The notes below the pieces were generated by a model. That model saw only the letters and a list, made by a program, of their open reading frames with translations, ran no database searches and was not told the DNA's origin. Positions 1-10,168 of a stretch of DNA of 44,000 nt are shown piece by piece (the stretch's first letter is position 1; each line of letters begins with the position of its first letter). Source of the DNA: Basidiobolus ranarum (Eukaryota). The stretch spans positions 1 through 44,000 of the forward strand of contig JASJQH010000031.1 of the NCBI GenBank assembly GCA_040143965.1, read 5' to 3'. A program made the position numbers and the translations under genes.

Positions 1-379
1 GAGAAAACATGATTGCTCCTTGGCACATGGCGCATGGTTCACCAGTGGTATACATGGTTAACTCTTTCCAAAAGTCGTAGTTTATACCGTTACCAGGGTA
101 GATATCTGAGCAGTTATTGAATGCTCTGATCTCTCCATGCCATGTTGGGTTATGGTTACCCAGGTTGATTCCGTAACAAAGAACCTCGCCAGTTCTCTTA
201 CGAACGATAGAGGCACCAAAAGGAGCTTGGCGGCATTTTCCATGGCTAAGAGTGAAGTCAATCGTTTTTTGCATGTATTGGTAGTCACTTGCATCAGCCT
301 TCGCCCACTTGGCACTCGCCAGAGATAGATTACCAACAACCAACAAGATGGAAGCAATAGCGATGTTTAGAACTTTCAT
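1..379 (-). CDS. Secreted Zn-dependent cytidine/dCMP-deaminase-fold protein (nucleoside/nucleobase deaminase-like); 3' end runs off the window
   Basis: Manual translation from the ATG at 379 (not in the ORF track): MKVLNIAIASILLVVGNLSLASA-KWAKADASDYQYMQKTIDFTLSHGKCRQAPFGASIVRKRTGEVLCYGINLGNHNPTWHGEIRAFNNCSDIYPGNGINYDFWKELTMYTTGEPCAMCQGAIMFS. It carries the PFGA, HGE (HxE) and YTTGEPCAMC (PCxxC) motifs and a hydrophobic N-terminus ending in A-S-A. Confidence 0.9.
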   Translation of the reverse strand, partial: MKVLNIAIASILLVVGNLSLASAKWAKADASDYQYMQKTIDFTLSHGKCRQAPFGASIVRKRTGEVLCYGINLGNHNPTWHGEIRAFNNCSDIYPGNGINYDFWKELTMYTTGEPCAMCQGAIMFS

Positions 380-412
380 TTTCAAGATAACTAACACTCT
401 GAGTGAGTCCAC

Positions 413-420
413 TTTATATA
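413..420 (-). promoter_or_regulatory. Putative TATA box of the deaminase gene
   Basis: TATATAAA on the minus strand just upstream of the ATG at 379. Confidence 0.45.
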
Positions 421-1554
421 TCAATTGTTGAGTGTCGCCACATATCTTTCAAGTGAATTCCGCACAACCTCTCTTGGATATCATTTCTTAAGATAGCTAG
501 ATATTGTTACTCTTCAGCGTCATTCATACCGAGGAGAACGCTCAATTTTGGACAGAGATGCGCCAAGTAAACTAGTTTGATACGCTGAGTCTGGGAAGTT
601 CCTAGTTTTGGATGATGTCCCCCTTAACCTTGCACCTCTTTGATTCGCCCTACATGTGACCACACGGACAATATGTACAATGGTACATTTACTGTCTATA
701 TTCTAGGAAGTTATGGATGATGGGCATTTAGGAATCTCTAAGAAATACCTGATTAAAAACTGGATGCTATACATATATACACAACACCACTCGGTCTAGA
801 TAAGCAGATTATCGGTGGGATGATAACTTCGAAATGGACAGAATTTCACTTTATTAATAGTCATGAAAATGAAGGGTTTCTCTATATATCTCTGTAAGCA
901 GATCAGTGGGAACTATCGAATATGTTGTTTGTAATGTCAGCAATAACTTTAAGATTGGTAGTGTGTGAGTAGAACTTAATCTTGAAGATAAATGCTAGGG
1001 CAGCGTGCTTATACTTACAACATCTCGTTGAAAGTTGAATCATGCAGTGAATACAGAGATACTTAGGAGAAATGCTTGAAGAAAGGTGATTGGATCCAAC
1101 TTACTATGTATATATCCTAAAACCTCACAGCTGAGTGTTAAATGGTGGTTCAACTGAGTTGAGCTAGAATATAGCATCTTGTTACATAGCAAATAGAATA
1201 GAAATACTCCAGAAGTTGATTAGCATGGATGCATGAGTGACCACCTTCTCTTTCTCTGAATGATTCCAACCTTTAGTTATGCAATGTAACAAATCTATTC
1301 TTAGTTTGAGTTTGGTCACATAAGCGCTATATGCCAGAAGTTAGCTAGTTAGGACAGCAAATGTGAGTAAAGAGGAGCTTCCGATTAGTCACTATTTCAA
1401 ACCAACTTGGAACAAATACCTCAGAAATAGCTGAAACCCAGTTTAGGCATGTGACCGATAATAATTGGTTTAAATATTAAGGAGATTGCATAACATGGAT
1501 TGATTGAATGCAGTAACGCAATACAGATTTTCCGATGCTGCATGATCAAGTGAG

Positions 1555-1560
1555 TATAAA
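1555..1560 (+). promoter_or_regulatory. Putative TATA box of the SSI-like gene
   Basis: TATAAA about 70 nt upstream of the ATG at 1628. Confidence 0.5.
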
Positions 1561-1627
1561 TACTAGTCTATCCTTTATCTTAAATAGAAAACCCCCTCAA
1601 ATCTACTATAGAACTTAGACCATAGCA

Positions 1628-2035
1628 ATGAGATTATCTTATTCCCTTTTCACCACCTTTGCAGTTGTGTTCACTAGCTCGGTCACTATTGATGCTCAGG
1701 GAGTCTCAGCTAGCGTAGGAGGCAATCAGGCCCACTATCAGCTAGTTATTCATAAAGGGGAGGACACCACAGGGAAAGTTTTGTCTCAGGTCACGTTAAA
1801 TTGTCACCCTACTGGCGGCTCTCATCCTCATGCCAAGCAAGCGTGCTCTGCTCTTGATAAGGCAGAAGGAGACTTCGAAAAGCTACATAATTCGGGAGGG
1901 ATTTGTAATTTCATCTTCGATCCTGTCACTGTGACAGCTAAGGGCAGAGGGTTTGGGAAGAAAGTGAATTTTAAGAAGACATTTAGCAATTCCTGCGTAG
2001 CAGATGGTGAAACTGATGGAGTGTTCAAATTCTAG
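1628..2035 (+). CDS. Secreted Streptomyces subtilisin inhibitor (SSI, MEROPS I16) family protease inhibitor
   Basis: Intronless, 135 aa. Signal peptide, then LVIHKGE..VTLNCHPTGGSHPHAKQACSAL...GD...ICNFIFDPVTVTAKG...GKKVNFKKTFSNSC...GVFKF. This matches the SSI pattern (VTLxCxP..GxHP...AC, CxxxxDPV, FxNxC, C-terminal VFxF) with all four cysteines. Confidence 0.92.
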   Translation: MRLSYSLFTTFAVVFTSSVTIDAQGVSASVGGNQAHYQLVIHKGEDTTGKVLSQVTLNCHPTGGSHPHAKQACSALDKAEGDFEKLHNSGGICNFIFDPVTVTAKGRGFGKKVNFKKTFSNSCVADGETDGVFKF

Positions 2036-2344
2036 AATAGAATGTTTAGAATAGACTCCTTCACTCTTTCCAATGGTCGTTAATATATTCACATCACATT
2101 TAGAGCTCAAAGGGTGGGCATACGATCGGATAATAATAAACTCATTCTCATCCACTTTCTCACTTTCTCTTCCACACCTCATTTAAGGTTAAATTAGCTT
2201 CATTTAATAGCAGTCTGTATTCCGTAGCTGAGTGTAAATAAGGATTCATCTGTACGCCATGCTGCGGATTTGAAGATAAATCATTCGGAGATTTATAAAC
2301 CTCCAGCGGCTCACTTCAGACACTTACTATTTCTCTTTCACGTT

Positions 2345-3265
2345 ATGGCTAAAGTCTCTACTGAAGCTAGCACAGAAACTCTCGGTTTAGCCCGTATTTT
2401 ACTTTACGCCAAGGTTTATTTACTTCGAGGATTTGGCTTTCTCGTCTCTTACCTAGTGAAGTTTAATTCTAACGCGAAGCCCTCAGCAGTTGAGGATATA
2501 CCAACCACTCCACCTATACGTTGTGCCTTTTATTTTCCACCTTCTTATGACTCTGGTAACCCACAACAATATCCTGTTTACATAAACCTTCACGGTGGAG
2601 GTTTTATTGCTGGTTATGAAGATGATGACGCGGAATTTTGTGATTTCTTAGCAAAAGAAGTGGGCTGCATCGTCGTTTCCCCAGCATATCGCTTAGCTCC
2701 CGAATATCCCTTTCCCACAGGCCTGAATGATACCTATGCTGTTAGTCAGTGGATTATTCAGGAATACAAAACCACTAAGTTGGCGGTAGGTGGAACCAGT
2801 GCTGGAGGTCACCTGGCACTGGGACTCTCACAATTACTGATAAAATCGAATAAGGATGTGATCAAATCGGTTGTGAGTGTTTATTCACCGATGAATTTTA
2901 GTAGAACATCCGTAAATACTTTCAAAGAAAAAGAGCCTAAAATCCGGAATTTCTACCATGAATCCTACTTGCAGGCGACTCAAGGGGATGAGGAATCCCT
3001 TCAGAATCCTCTGCTTTCGGTGAATTACGCATCTCCCGATATGTATCCAGAGTCCATGGTCATTCTTGCCGCGAGAGATGATCCGAATATTGAGGACATC
3101 GAGATATTCATTCGAACGATTAAACCGCGAATTGGGAAAGTCTACGAAGGGGTATTCCATGGATGGTTACATGTTGCCGAAAGAATTATCGGGAAAGAAG
3201 CGACCCAAAAGAAATGGGATTGCTACCAGACGATAGCGGATGAGATGAAAGTGGTTTTTGCTTAG
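2345..3265 (+). CDS. Alpha/beta hydrolase, hormone-sensitive lipase (Abhydrolase_3) family esterase
   Basis: HGGG oxyanion motif, YRLAPEYPFP, GTSAGG nucleophile elbow, ARDD and FHGW for the Asp/His of the triad. The first ATG is at 2345 (the ORF-track start at 2270 is a TTG). TATAAA at 2294-2299. Intronless. Confidence 0.88.
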   Translation: MAKVSTEASTETLGLARILLYAKVYLLRGFGFLVSYLVKFNSNAKPSAVEDIPTTPPIRCAFYFPPSYDSGNPQQYPVYINLHGGGFIAGYEDDDAEFCDFLAKEVGCIVVSPAYRLAPEYPFPTGLNDTYAVSQWIIQEYKTTKLAVGGTSAGGHLALGLSQLLIKSNKDVIKSVVSVYSPMNFSRTSVNTFKEKEPKIRNFYHESYLQATQGDEESLQNPLLSVNYASPDMYPESMVILAARDDPNIEDIEIFIRTIKPRIGKVYEGVFHGWLHVAERIIGKEATQKKWDCYQTIADEMKVVFA

Positions 3266-3712
3266 ATGATCAACACAATGAAGCGAGGTAGCTCTCTGTA
3301 ATATTGCAATACCATTTAGCTTAGTAATCAGGTGGCTTGGCACGTGACCAATGAAATAAAGTATCACCCATACAGCGATCAAGATTAAATATGAATGGTC
3401 CAAGCTTTCTGTGGTAGGTAAATAACCAGTAACCAAATTGAATGGTATGTTGAAAAGAAATGCCAAATGTGAATTTGTTCTATCTATGGATGCTACAGCT
3501 CCACAGTAAAGGAGCCTTTTGCTTTAACTTGGGTGATTATCGCCACAGACATATACTTTAAAGTTGGCTGCTTGTTTCAATTCAAATTACCTTTGACAGG
3601 TTATTTAGAATCTAATTCGCCTGGAGTCTAGGTCAAACTATCTCTACTATAATAGCAGTACATTGTTCACTATCTTTCACATGGTGAATCTATGACAATG
3701 GTATTTATAGAC

Positions 3713-3782
3713 TATGTTCAGCATAATAGAGAGAGAATTATCTACCAAGAAGTTATGTTCAGCGTAACAGAGAGAGAACTAT
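3713..3782. repeat. Imperfect direct repeat, two ~29-nt copies with a 41-nt period
   Basis: tatgttcagcataatagagagagaattat / tatgttcagcgtaacagagagagaactat. Confidence 0.7.
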
Positions 3783-4218
3783 TCCCATTGGAATATCTTT
3801 CAGGTGGCTTATGAGACTTGGACCATAATCACTACAGCTGTCATCATCATGATCATTACATCAGTCTTAGTACTGCTATAAATGGTAGAAAGTTCATGTG
3901 CGCTGTCAATCTACTCAACGATACTTGGGTAGCTCTGATTAGTATCCAAGTATTGGTAGTAAGAATGGCGCAAGTATACTTAAATCAGTTACACCAAGTT
4001 TGCAATGAGATAGAGGAAACGCTATACACAGCTATAAACGTTGTTCATAGATCTATCCAAAAATAACTGAATCCAAGTGTCAATATTCGAATATATTATT
4101 TTGCAACCTTTTGGCTAAATGCCACTTCACTCAAATTCTAGAGACTGTGGTGAGAGAGCACCATTGTAAAGATATAAAAATAGCCATGCAAAGACTTACC
4201 ATTCATCAACTATCAAAT

Positions 4219-5109
4219 ATGCATCTCCACTTTACTTCCATGGCTTTATTCGCTTTCTTGCACTCAGTGTTGGCACAGGAAGCTTAGTCCACTACACTGG
4301 CAGATATCAATACGGCGTGGGTTAGTCAATATGATCTCTCCGGTGTCCCCGATATCCCACCTAGACCCGTAGGCTCTGGTACTTGTCCTGACTCATTATG
4401 CGGACCTGAGGATTGTGAAAATTGTTGGGAGAGTTGTGGGAACTGCGCTCAACCTGATGACATCTACGGCTGTCAAGCTAGCCAGTGGGCATTGTCTTTT
4501 GATGATGGCCCATCACAATACACCTCTCAGCTACTTGACATTCTTGCAGCATCCAATGTCAAGGCTACATTCCAAATGATCGGTTCCAACGTAATTCAGT
4601 ATCCAGATGTAGTAAAAAAAGCATATGACCAAGGCCATCAAATTGCTTCTCATACATGGTCTCACCCACATCTGATGTCTCTCTCCAACGATCAGATTGT
4701 GGCGGAAGTAAGAGCTACAGAAGATGCTATTTTCAACATTACAGGTGTGAGACCGTCATTCATTCGACCTCCCTACGGTGAAGCAGATGATCGTGTAAAG
4801 GGCATCTTCAAAGCAATGGGCTACCACACTTTGTTGTGGAATATGGATACCTTGGATTGGGATATCTCCACGAAGAATGAGAGCCCCAGCCTTATTTTGA
4901 ATTCTTTTGAGACTGCCATCGCCAATGGAACCAACTTAAACCCCCATGGTGATCTGGGATTTATCTCATTACAACATGACATTTATATTGATACTGTGGA
5001 GCAAACACCCAATATAGCCCAACTCCTGGCTCAAAACAACTTTCATTTTGTTCTGGCTTACGAGTGTGTCAACCTTTCCCCTTATCAATCAACAAATCCG
5101 GTCAGTTAA
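4219..5109 (+). pseudogene. Secreted chitin/polysaccharide deacetylase (CE4, NodB domain) interrupted by one in-frame TAG at 4285-4287
   Basis: From ATG 4219: MHLHFTSMALFAFLHSVLAQEA*STTLADINTAWVSQYDLSGVPDIPPRPVGSGTCPDSLCGPEDCENCWESCGNCAQPDDIYGCQASQWALSFDDGP..., in the same frame as ORF 4492-5109. CE4 motifs SFDD, HTWSH, RPPYG, DTLDW and LQHD are all intact. TATAAA at 4173-4178. Confidence 0.8.
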
Positions 5110-5782
5110 CCAAAAGTAGCTTGGTCCCACGTTGCTAAAATATCACAAATATCCTCTCAACTTTGACATCGTTTCTATTTACTTTATCCAATCGAAGCAA
5201 TAAATATAAATACCACTTTTGTTATCAATCTTACACTTGCTAGTGATTATTTTAACCCCAGTCTACTCTGCGCTCTCTGGAACGCTTTGTAATGATTAAA
5301 CGCCCGAATCAGTCGTTATTAACTCCAACTATTCGATTTGGACTTGGTAATTATTACGATCCTCATTACGATCCTCCATTGAGTGCAAATCGCCCCTGTT
5401 ATGTAAAAATGCTTTGATAGATAACCAATCAGAGGGATATCTACTGAGCCTAGGTCGATCCGACTCAAATTCAAGGCACCCTATTCGTCAAACTAGGTAC
5501 ATCGGCCTTGTCTGGATGAAAGTAATCCCAATCCAGATTTGTCAAAAAGTCGATCCAAAAAGGCGATGGTTATCCTAGATGGTACGAACTTCGGATGCAA
5601 CACTTGAACGTTGAGAGATTTGGTAACATGGAAGTCATGTGATGTGGCTCTTCATACGTATCTAAAGTGGGGATATTGGGTGCTGGGTGCTGGGTATAAA
5701 TGTGTGAACATATGATAAATACTGAGTTGTACTCGGAAAGTCTCCATTAATTCTCCTTATTCTTTAGTAAACGTCACCCAAT

Positions 5783-7731
5783 ATGCTTGCCTCTAGGGCC
5801 ACTAAAACCTTCTTTAAAGGCACTTTCACTCGTAATTGTGTACGTACTAGTTATGCTGGCTTCCATAACATAAGTAAGTTTTCTGCCCAGGAAAAGCTTC
5901 ACCTATGGGAGAAATTGCCTGGCGAGAATACCGAGGAAAAGCCCGGCTTTGCCAAATTAAAGGGTTCTTTAAAAGAGACCAACTTTAGAACTATCGATGC
6001 TAAGGATGAGTACGACGTGGTTATTGGTAAGTTCTAAACTGGGAGAATACGTATTGAGAGCACCCATCATTAAGCAATTCTTTGTTAACTAGTGGGAGGA
6101 GGAATTGTTGGTTTGGCTACTGCCCGAGAGATTCTCAAACGGTATCCTGAAAAAACCGTGGCAGTTCTTGAGAAAGAACGTGAGGTAGCTGCTCATCAAA
6201 CTGGACATAATAGTGGTGTAATTCATGCGGGTTTATACTAGTAATACTCTTAAATTTCTGTGGTTTATTATTTCCATACTTGCTTTAACACCATTTATTG
6301 GATTTTAAGTGAGCCTGGATCCCGTATGGCACGCACTTGCGTTAGAGGGGCGGAATTAATGTACAAGTATTGTGAGGATCGTGGCCTTCCGGTGGAACGA
6401 TGCGGTAAACTTGTTGTTGCTGTCAACGAAAGTGAGCATGCTCAAGTAGAGAAACTTTACAATCAGGGTACAGCCAATGGAGTCAAAGGATTGGAGATAT
6501 TACACGGTCCCGAAGTAAGAGATAAATCATATTACATCATACAAAAAATCAGGCTAATGGCTAATGGCTTTACTAAAGGTGCAAAAATATGAACCTAATG
6601 TTCGTGCTTACTCTGCCCTATACTCTCCCAATACCGGAATCGTTGATTATGGATTAGTTGCTCAGAATCTAGCTGAAGAGATCAAGGATAGTGGGTTCGT
6701 ATTTATCTTATTCAAACCCTAAAATATCATCGGTGAATCTCATACATTGAATTCTTAGACGAGGAGAGATTAAGTTGGCATTTGAGGCCAAGAAGTTTAC
6801 TCAGACATCCGATGATCGAGTGCTGGTAAATTTGATTCCTACCAAGATAACCTTGCGCCCATACTGGATTGATTAATATGCGTATTTGTAGATCAAAGGA
6901 GCGGAGCCAGCCAATAAGGGTCCAACTTTGGAAGTCATAGGCAAAAATGTCATCACATGCGCAGGTTTCTACGCTGACCGTGTGAGTGGTCTTACTGGCG
7001 GAAATCCCAACTCGGCAAGAGTAGTAACATTCCGCGGTACATATTACCAAGTAAAGCCCGAGTATCGTGGCTTAGTTAAAATGAACGTCTATCCAGTTCC
7101 TAGCGGTGGAGGCATTCCTGTAGGAGTACACTTCACACCCACTGTAAGAAAATTCGATAGAAACCCAATCGAAACGCATGCGCTAATCTTCTCTACATAG
7201 GTCAATGTTCGTCGCGGACACCAATTGATTGTTGGCCCTGGTGCCTGCATTACATTTGCTCGCGAAGGATATCAATTTTGGGACCTTAAATTAAGCGACA
7301 TTTGGGACTCCATCAGTAATCCCCATTTCTGGTCCTTTGCTCTTGGCAACTTCTCCCTATCATTCGGAGAGCTATGGCGTGATCTTAACAAGCGTGCCTT
7401 TTTGAAATCCGGCCAAAGAATGATTCCAGCCTTACGTGAAGACATGGTCGAGCCATCATTCGCTGGTGTAATGGCTCAAATCTTCGAGCAAGGAGGACTG
7501 GCCGCTGGGGACTATATATTAGAAAGAAAGGTAAGTAATAGCTAGTACTCACTAAGCGTTCCCGCATCTAACTGAGTTTATAAGGTTTTGGGAGGCACTA
7601 CCTTGAATGTTCGTAACGCTCCTTCACCAGCTTGTACAGCCTCGTTAGCCATTGGCGAGATGGTTGCAGATGTTGCAACTGAGGACTTTGGTTGGAAGAC
7701 TGCTGAAAAGAAGGAATCGGTTTCTCTATAA
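5783..7731 (+). CDS. L2HGDH: L-2-hydroxyglutarate dehydrogenase/oxidase (FAD-dependent), probably mitochondrial; 8 exons
   Basis: The spliced product has [19 protein letters not shown]...LEKE...[36 protein letters not shown]...GVHFTPT and [17 protein letters not shown]. The first intron is 6027-6092, the N-terminus is Arg/Thr-rich like a presequence, and the stop is TAA at 7729-7731. Confidence 0.9.
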
Positions 7732-8519
7732 ACGCTTTGCGTTAACTAACCATATTGGTTCCAAACGCATTTTCTATGGCCAATTCATTTGTATACAATA
7801 AAATCGACATTTTTTGAATCCAACTTTATGCATCGACTCCTCACTAACAAGTTCAGCTATGCCGTCGTTAGCTATATATAAATGCTTCTAGGGTGTAACA
7901 AGGTCCATAGTGAGCTTTCTGGTTCCATGTTTGATAATCACCCAACGGCAGAAAAGGAATAAAAGCAGGTTACAATGACTAAGCCAGTCAGACAACTTTG
8001 GAGTAGATATCAAATCATTGGTAATTAATCTTGGAATGGATATCAAATCATTTCCAATTATCATCCAACTTAGAGTGGCAGCTTCAATTCCGATGGTCTT
8101 AATATGGAAAAATACTTCCGTTGCCCAACCCCACAGCATTTTTTCATGACAATTACGTCTACCGATCGAGTATATTCTTGTTCACAGCGATTAACAAGCC
8201 AGCGTCATTTCCATTGTGGCCAATACAAGCTCAACGATCCTCTTCCGTGGCTATTTCCCCGCGTAGCTATTGTTTTATTGAGTTCGTCATACAAATACCA
8301 CTACGAAATGCCAGCATCAATCGGTGATGCGCTTATTGTAGTGCGTAGTGCGTAGCGGGTATAGTCACTGAGAATGGAAATCGCCTGAATTAGTTGAGAT
8401 TTGAAGATGCTCTCTCATTGGATTACCAACAAAAATTTCCCTCATATTTAGTCACTCAAAAAGACACATTCTTTCTACACAAACGTGTTTTATTTTTCAA
8501 CTTCAACCCATCACAAGTC

Positions 8520-10071
8520 ATGTCACTCTTGCAAAGTTGTATAAGAGGTTCTTTAAGGACGAAAACTCGGCTTAACGGAGCAAAAAGTACACCGATGACT
8601 ATTCTTCTGATCCAATTGACATTCCCCTCTGACTAACCACATTGTAACTCCTTAAAGATATCAGCGTCGGGGGTGGACTTTCTCGTCACTTCAGCACAGG
8701 AGTTCTAGATAAAAAGCAAGTGGAAACTCCCCTGAAGGAGCCAGTAAAACCGTAAGTCATTTAGCTGCTTATTTTCCAACCACGCCAGAGCGTTGCTAAA
8801 CCGAAGCCTTTCCTTCATAGAGCCACAGGTGTATTATTAATGAACATGGGTGGACCTGGCAAGTTATCCGAAGTAGAAGACTTCTTAACTCGCCTCTTTT
8901 CGGATTCCGATATCATCCCCATTCCTTTTCAATCGGTTCTAGCCCCCCTCATTGCCAAACGACGTACGCCCAAGATCGTTAACCAATACGATATCATTGG
9001 TGGTGGCTCACCCATTCGTAGTTGGACTGAAAAGCAAGGGAAACTTATGGAGAAATTATTGGATGAAACTTCCCCTCAAACAGGTATGAATTTATTTGAA
9101 ATATTTCCGTTTTCCAATTGAAAATATTCAATTCAATTTAATTCTTTCGAAAGCACCGCATAAATCTTACATCGGGTTTCGTTACGCTGCACCACTCACC
9201 GAGGAAGCATTAGAAGAGATTAAAAAAGATGGTGTGCGTAGGGTGGTGGCCTTCACTCAATACCCACAATATTCCTGTAGTACTACTGGTAGTAATCTCA
9301 ATGAATTGTATCGCAAGCTTAAAGTGATGGATAAAGAAGGAACCATCCAATGGAGCCTAATAGACAGATGGTCTACACACCCCAAATTGATCCAAGTATG
9401 TATGTGTATTTGAAGAGATTCTAGGAAGTGAATTGTAACCAATTCAACTAGGCATTTGCCAGCCGAGTAGAAGCGTCGTTAAAGGAATACAAAGAGGAGG
9501 AGCGTGACAAGGTGGTGATCTTATTCTCTGCCCACTCTCTGCCCATAGCTGCTATAAACCGTGGTGATCCATATTCCGCGGAAGTAGCAGCCACAGTGGA
9601 TCGGGTTATGGCTAGTCTAGGCTATAGTAATCCATATCGGTTAGTATGGCAATCGCAGGTTGGACCCTCACAATGGTTGGGCCCACAAACCAACGATGCA
9701 TTGAAAGGACTTGCCAAGCAAGGGCAAAAGAACGTATTACTCGTCCCAATCGCCTTTACATCTGACCACATCGAGACATTATATGAATTGGATTATGAAT
9801 ACTGCGAGGAAGCCAAAAAGGTATGTCATAAGTAAGAATGTAAGTGGGAGTGTACATGAACTAATCAAATCAATTGAAGCTTGGTATCACCGGTATCAAG
9901 AGAGCAGAATCTTTGAATGATTCTTCGTTTTTTATAGAAGCTATGGCGGATGCGGTGAAACAACACTTGGAAAGCAACTCGTTACATACCCCCCAGTTTC
10001 CACTTCGTTGTCCCGGTTGCAAAAATGAGACATGTAGTGAAATGCGAGAGTTTTTCATGAAACAAAAATAA
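8520..10071 (+). CDS. HEM15: Ferrochelatase, mitochondrial; about 6 exons
   Basis: [79 protein letters not shown] and C-terminal [10 protein letters not shown]. Confidence 0.96.
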
Positions 10072-10168
10072 GCTATACAACTATTGACTGTACAAAGTGA
10101 CAAAGCCCATAATAAAGCGCGCAAATATTAATAAGCATATTTATTTTCTAATTATCGGATAATTATTA

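Noticed and set aside
82-357. ORF-track ORFs 82-357 (-) and 137-328 (+)
   Set aside because: They are off-frame or antisense shadows of the deaminase frame starting at 379.
3713-3782. Spaced direct repeats (also 5353-5376 and 7998-8052) as CRISPR-like arrays or transposon ends
   Set aside because: Each has only two copies, there are no cas or transposase genes, and the context is eukaryotic. They look like ordinary local duplications.
4267-4287. GT...AG span that would splice out the premature TAG in frame
   Set aside because: It is only 21 nt, has no branch point, and would remove the signal-peptide cleavage site.
4285-4287. Idea that the neighbouring deaminase edits this TAG
   Set aside because: The deaminase has a signal peptide and so should not meet mRNA. 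Proximity is the only link.
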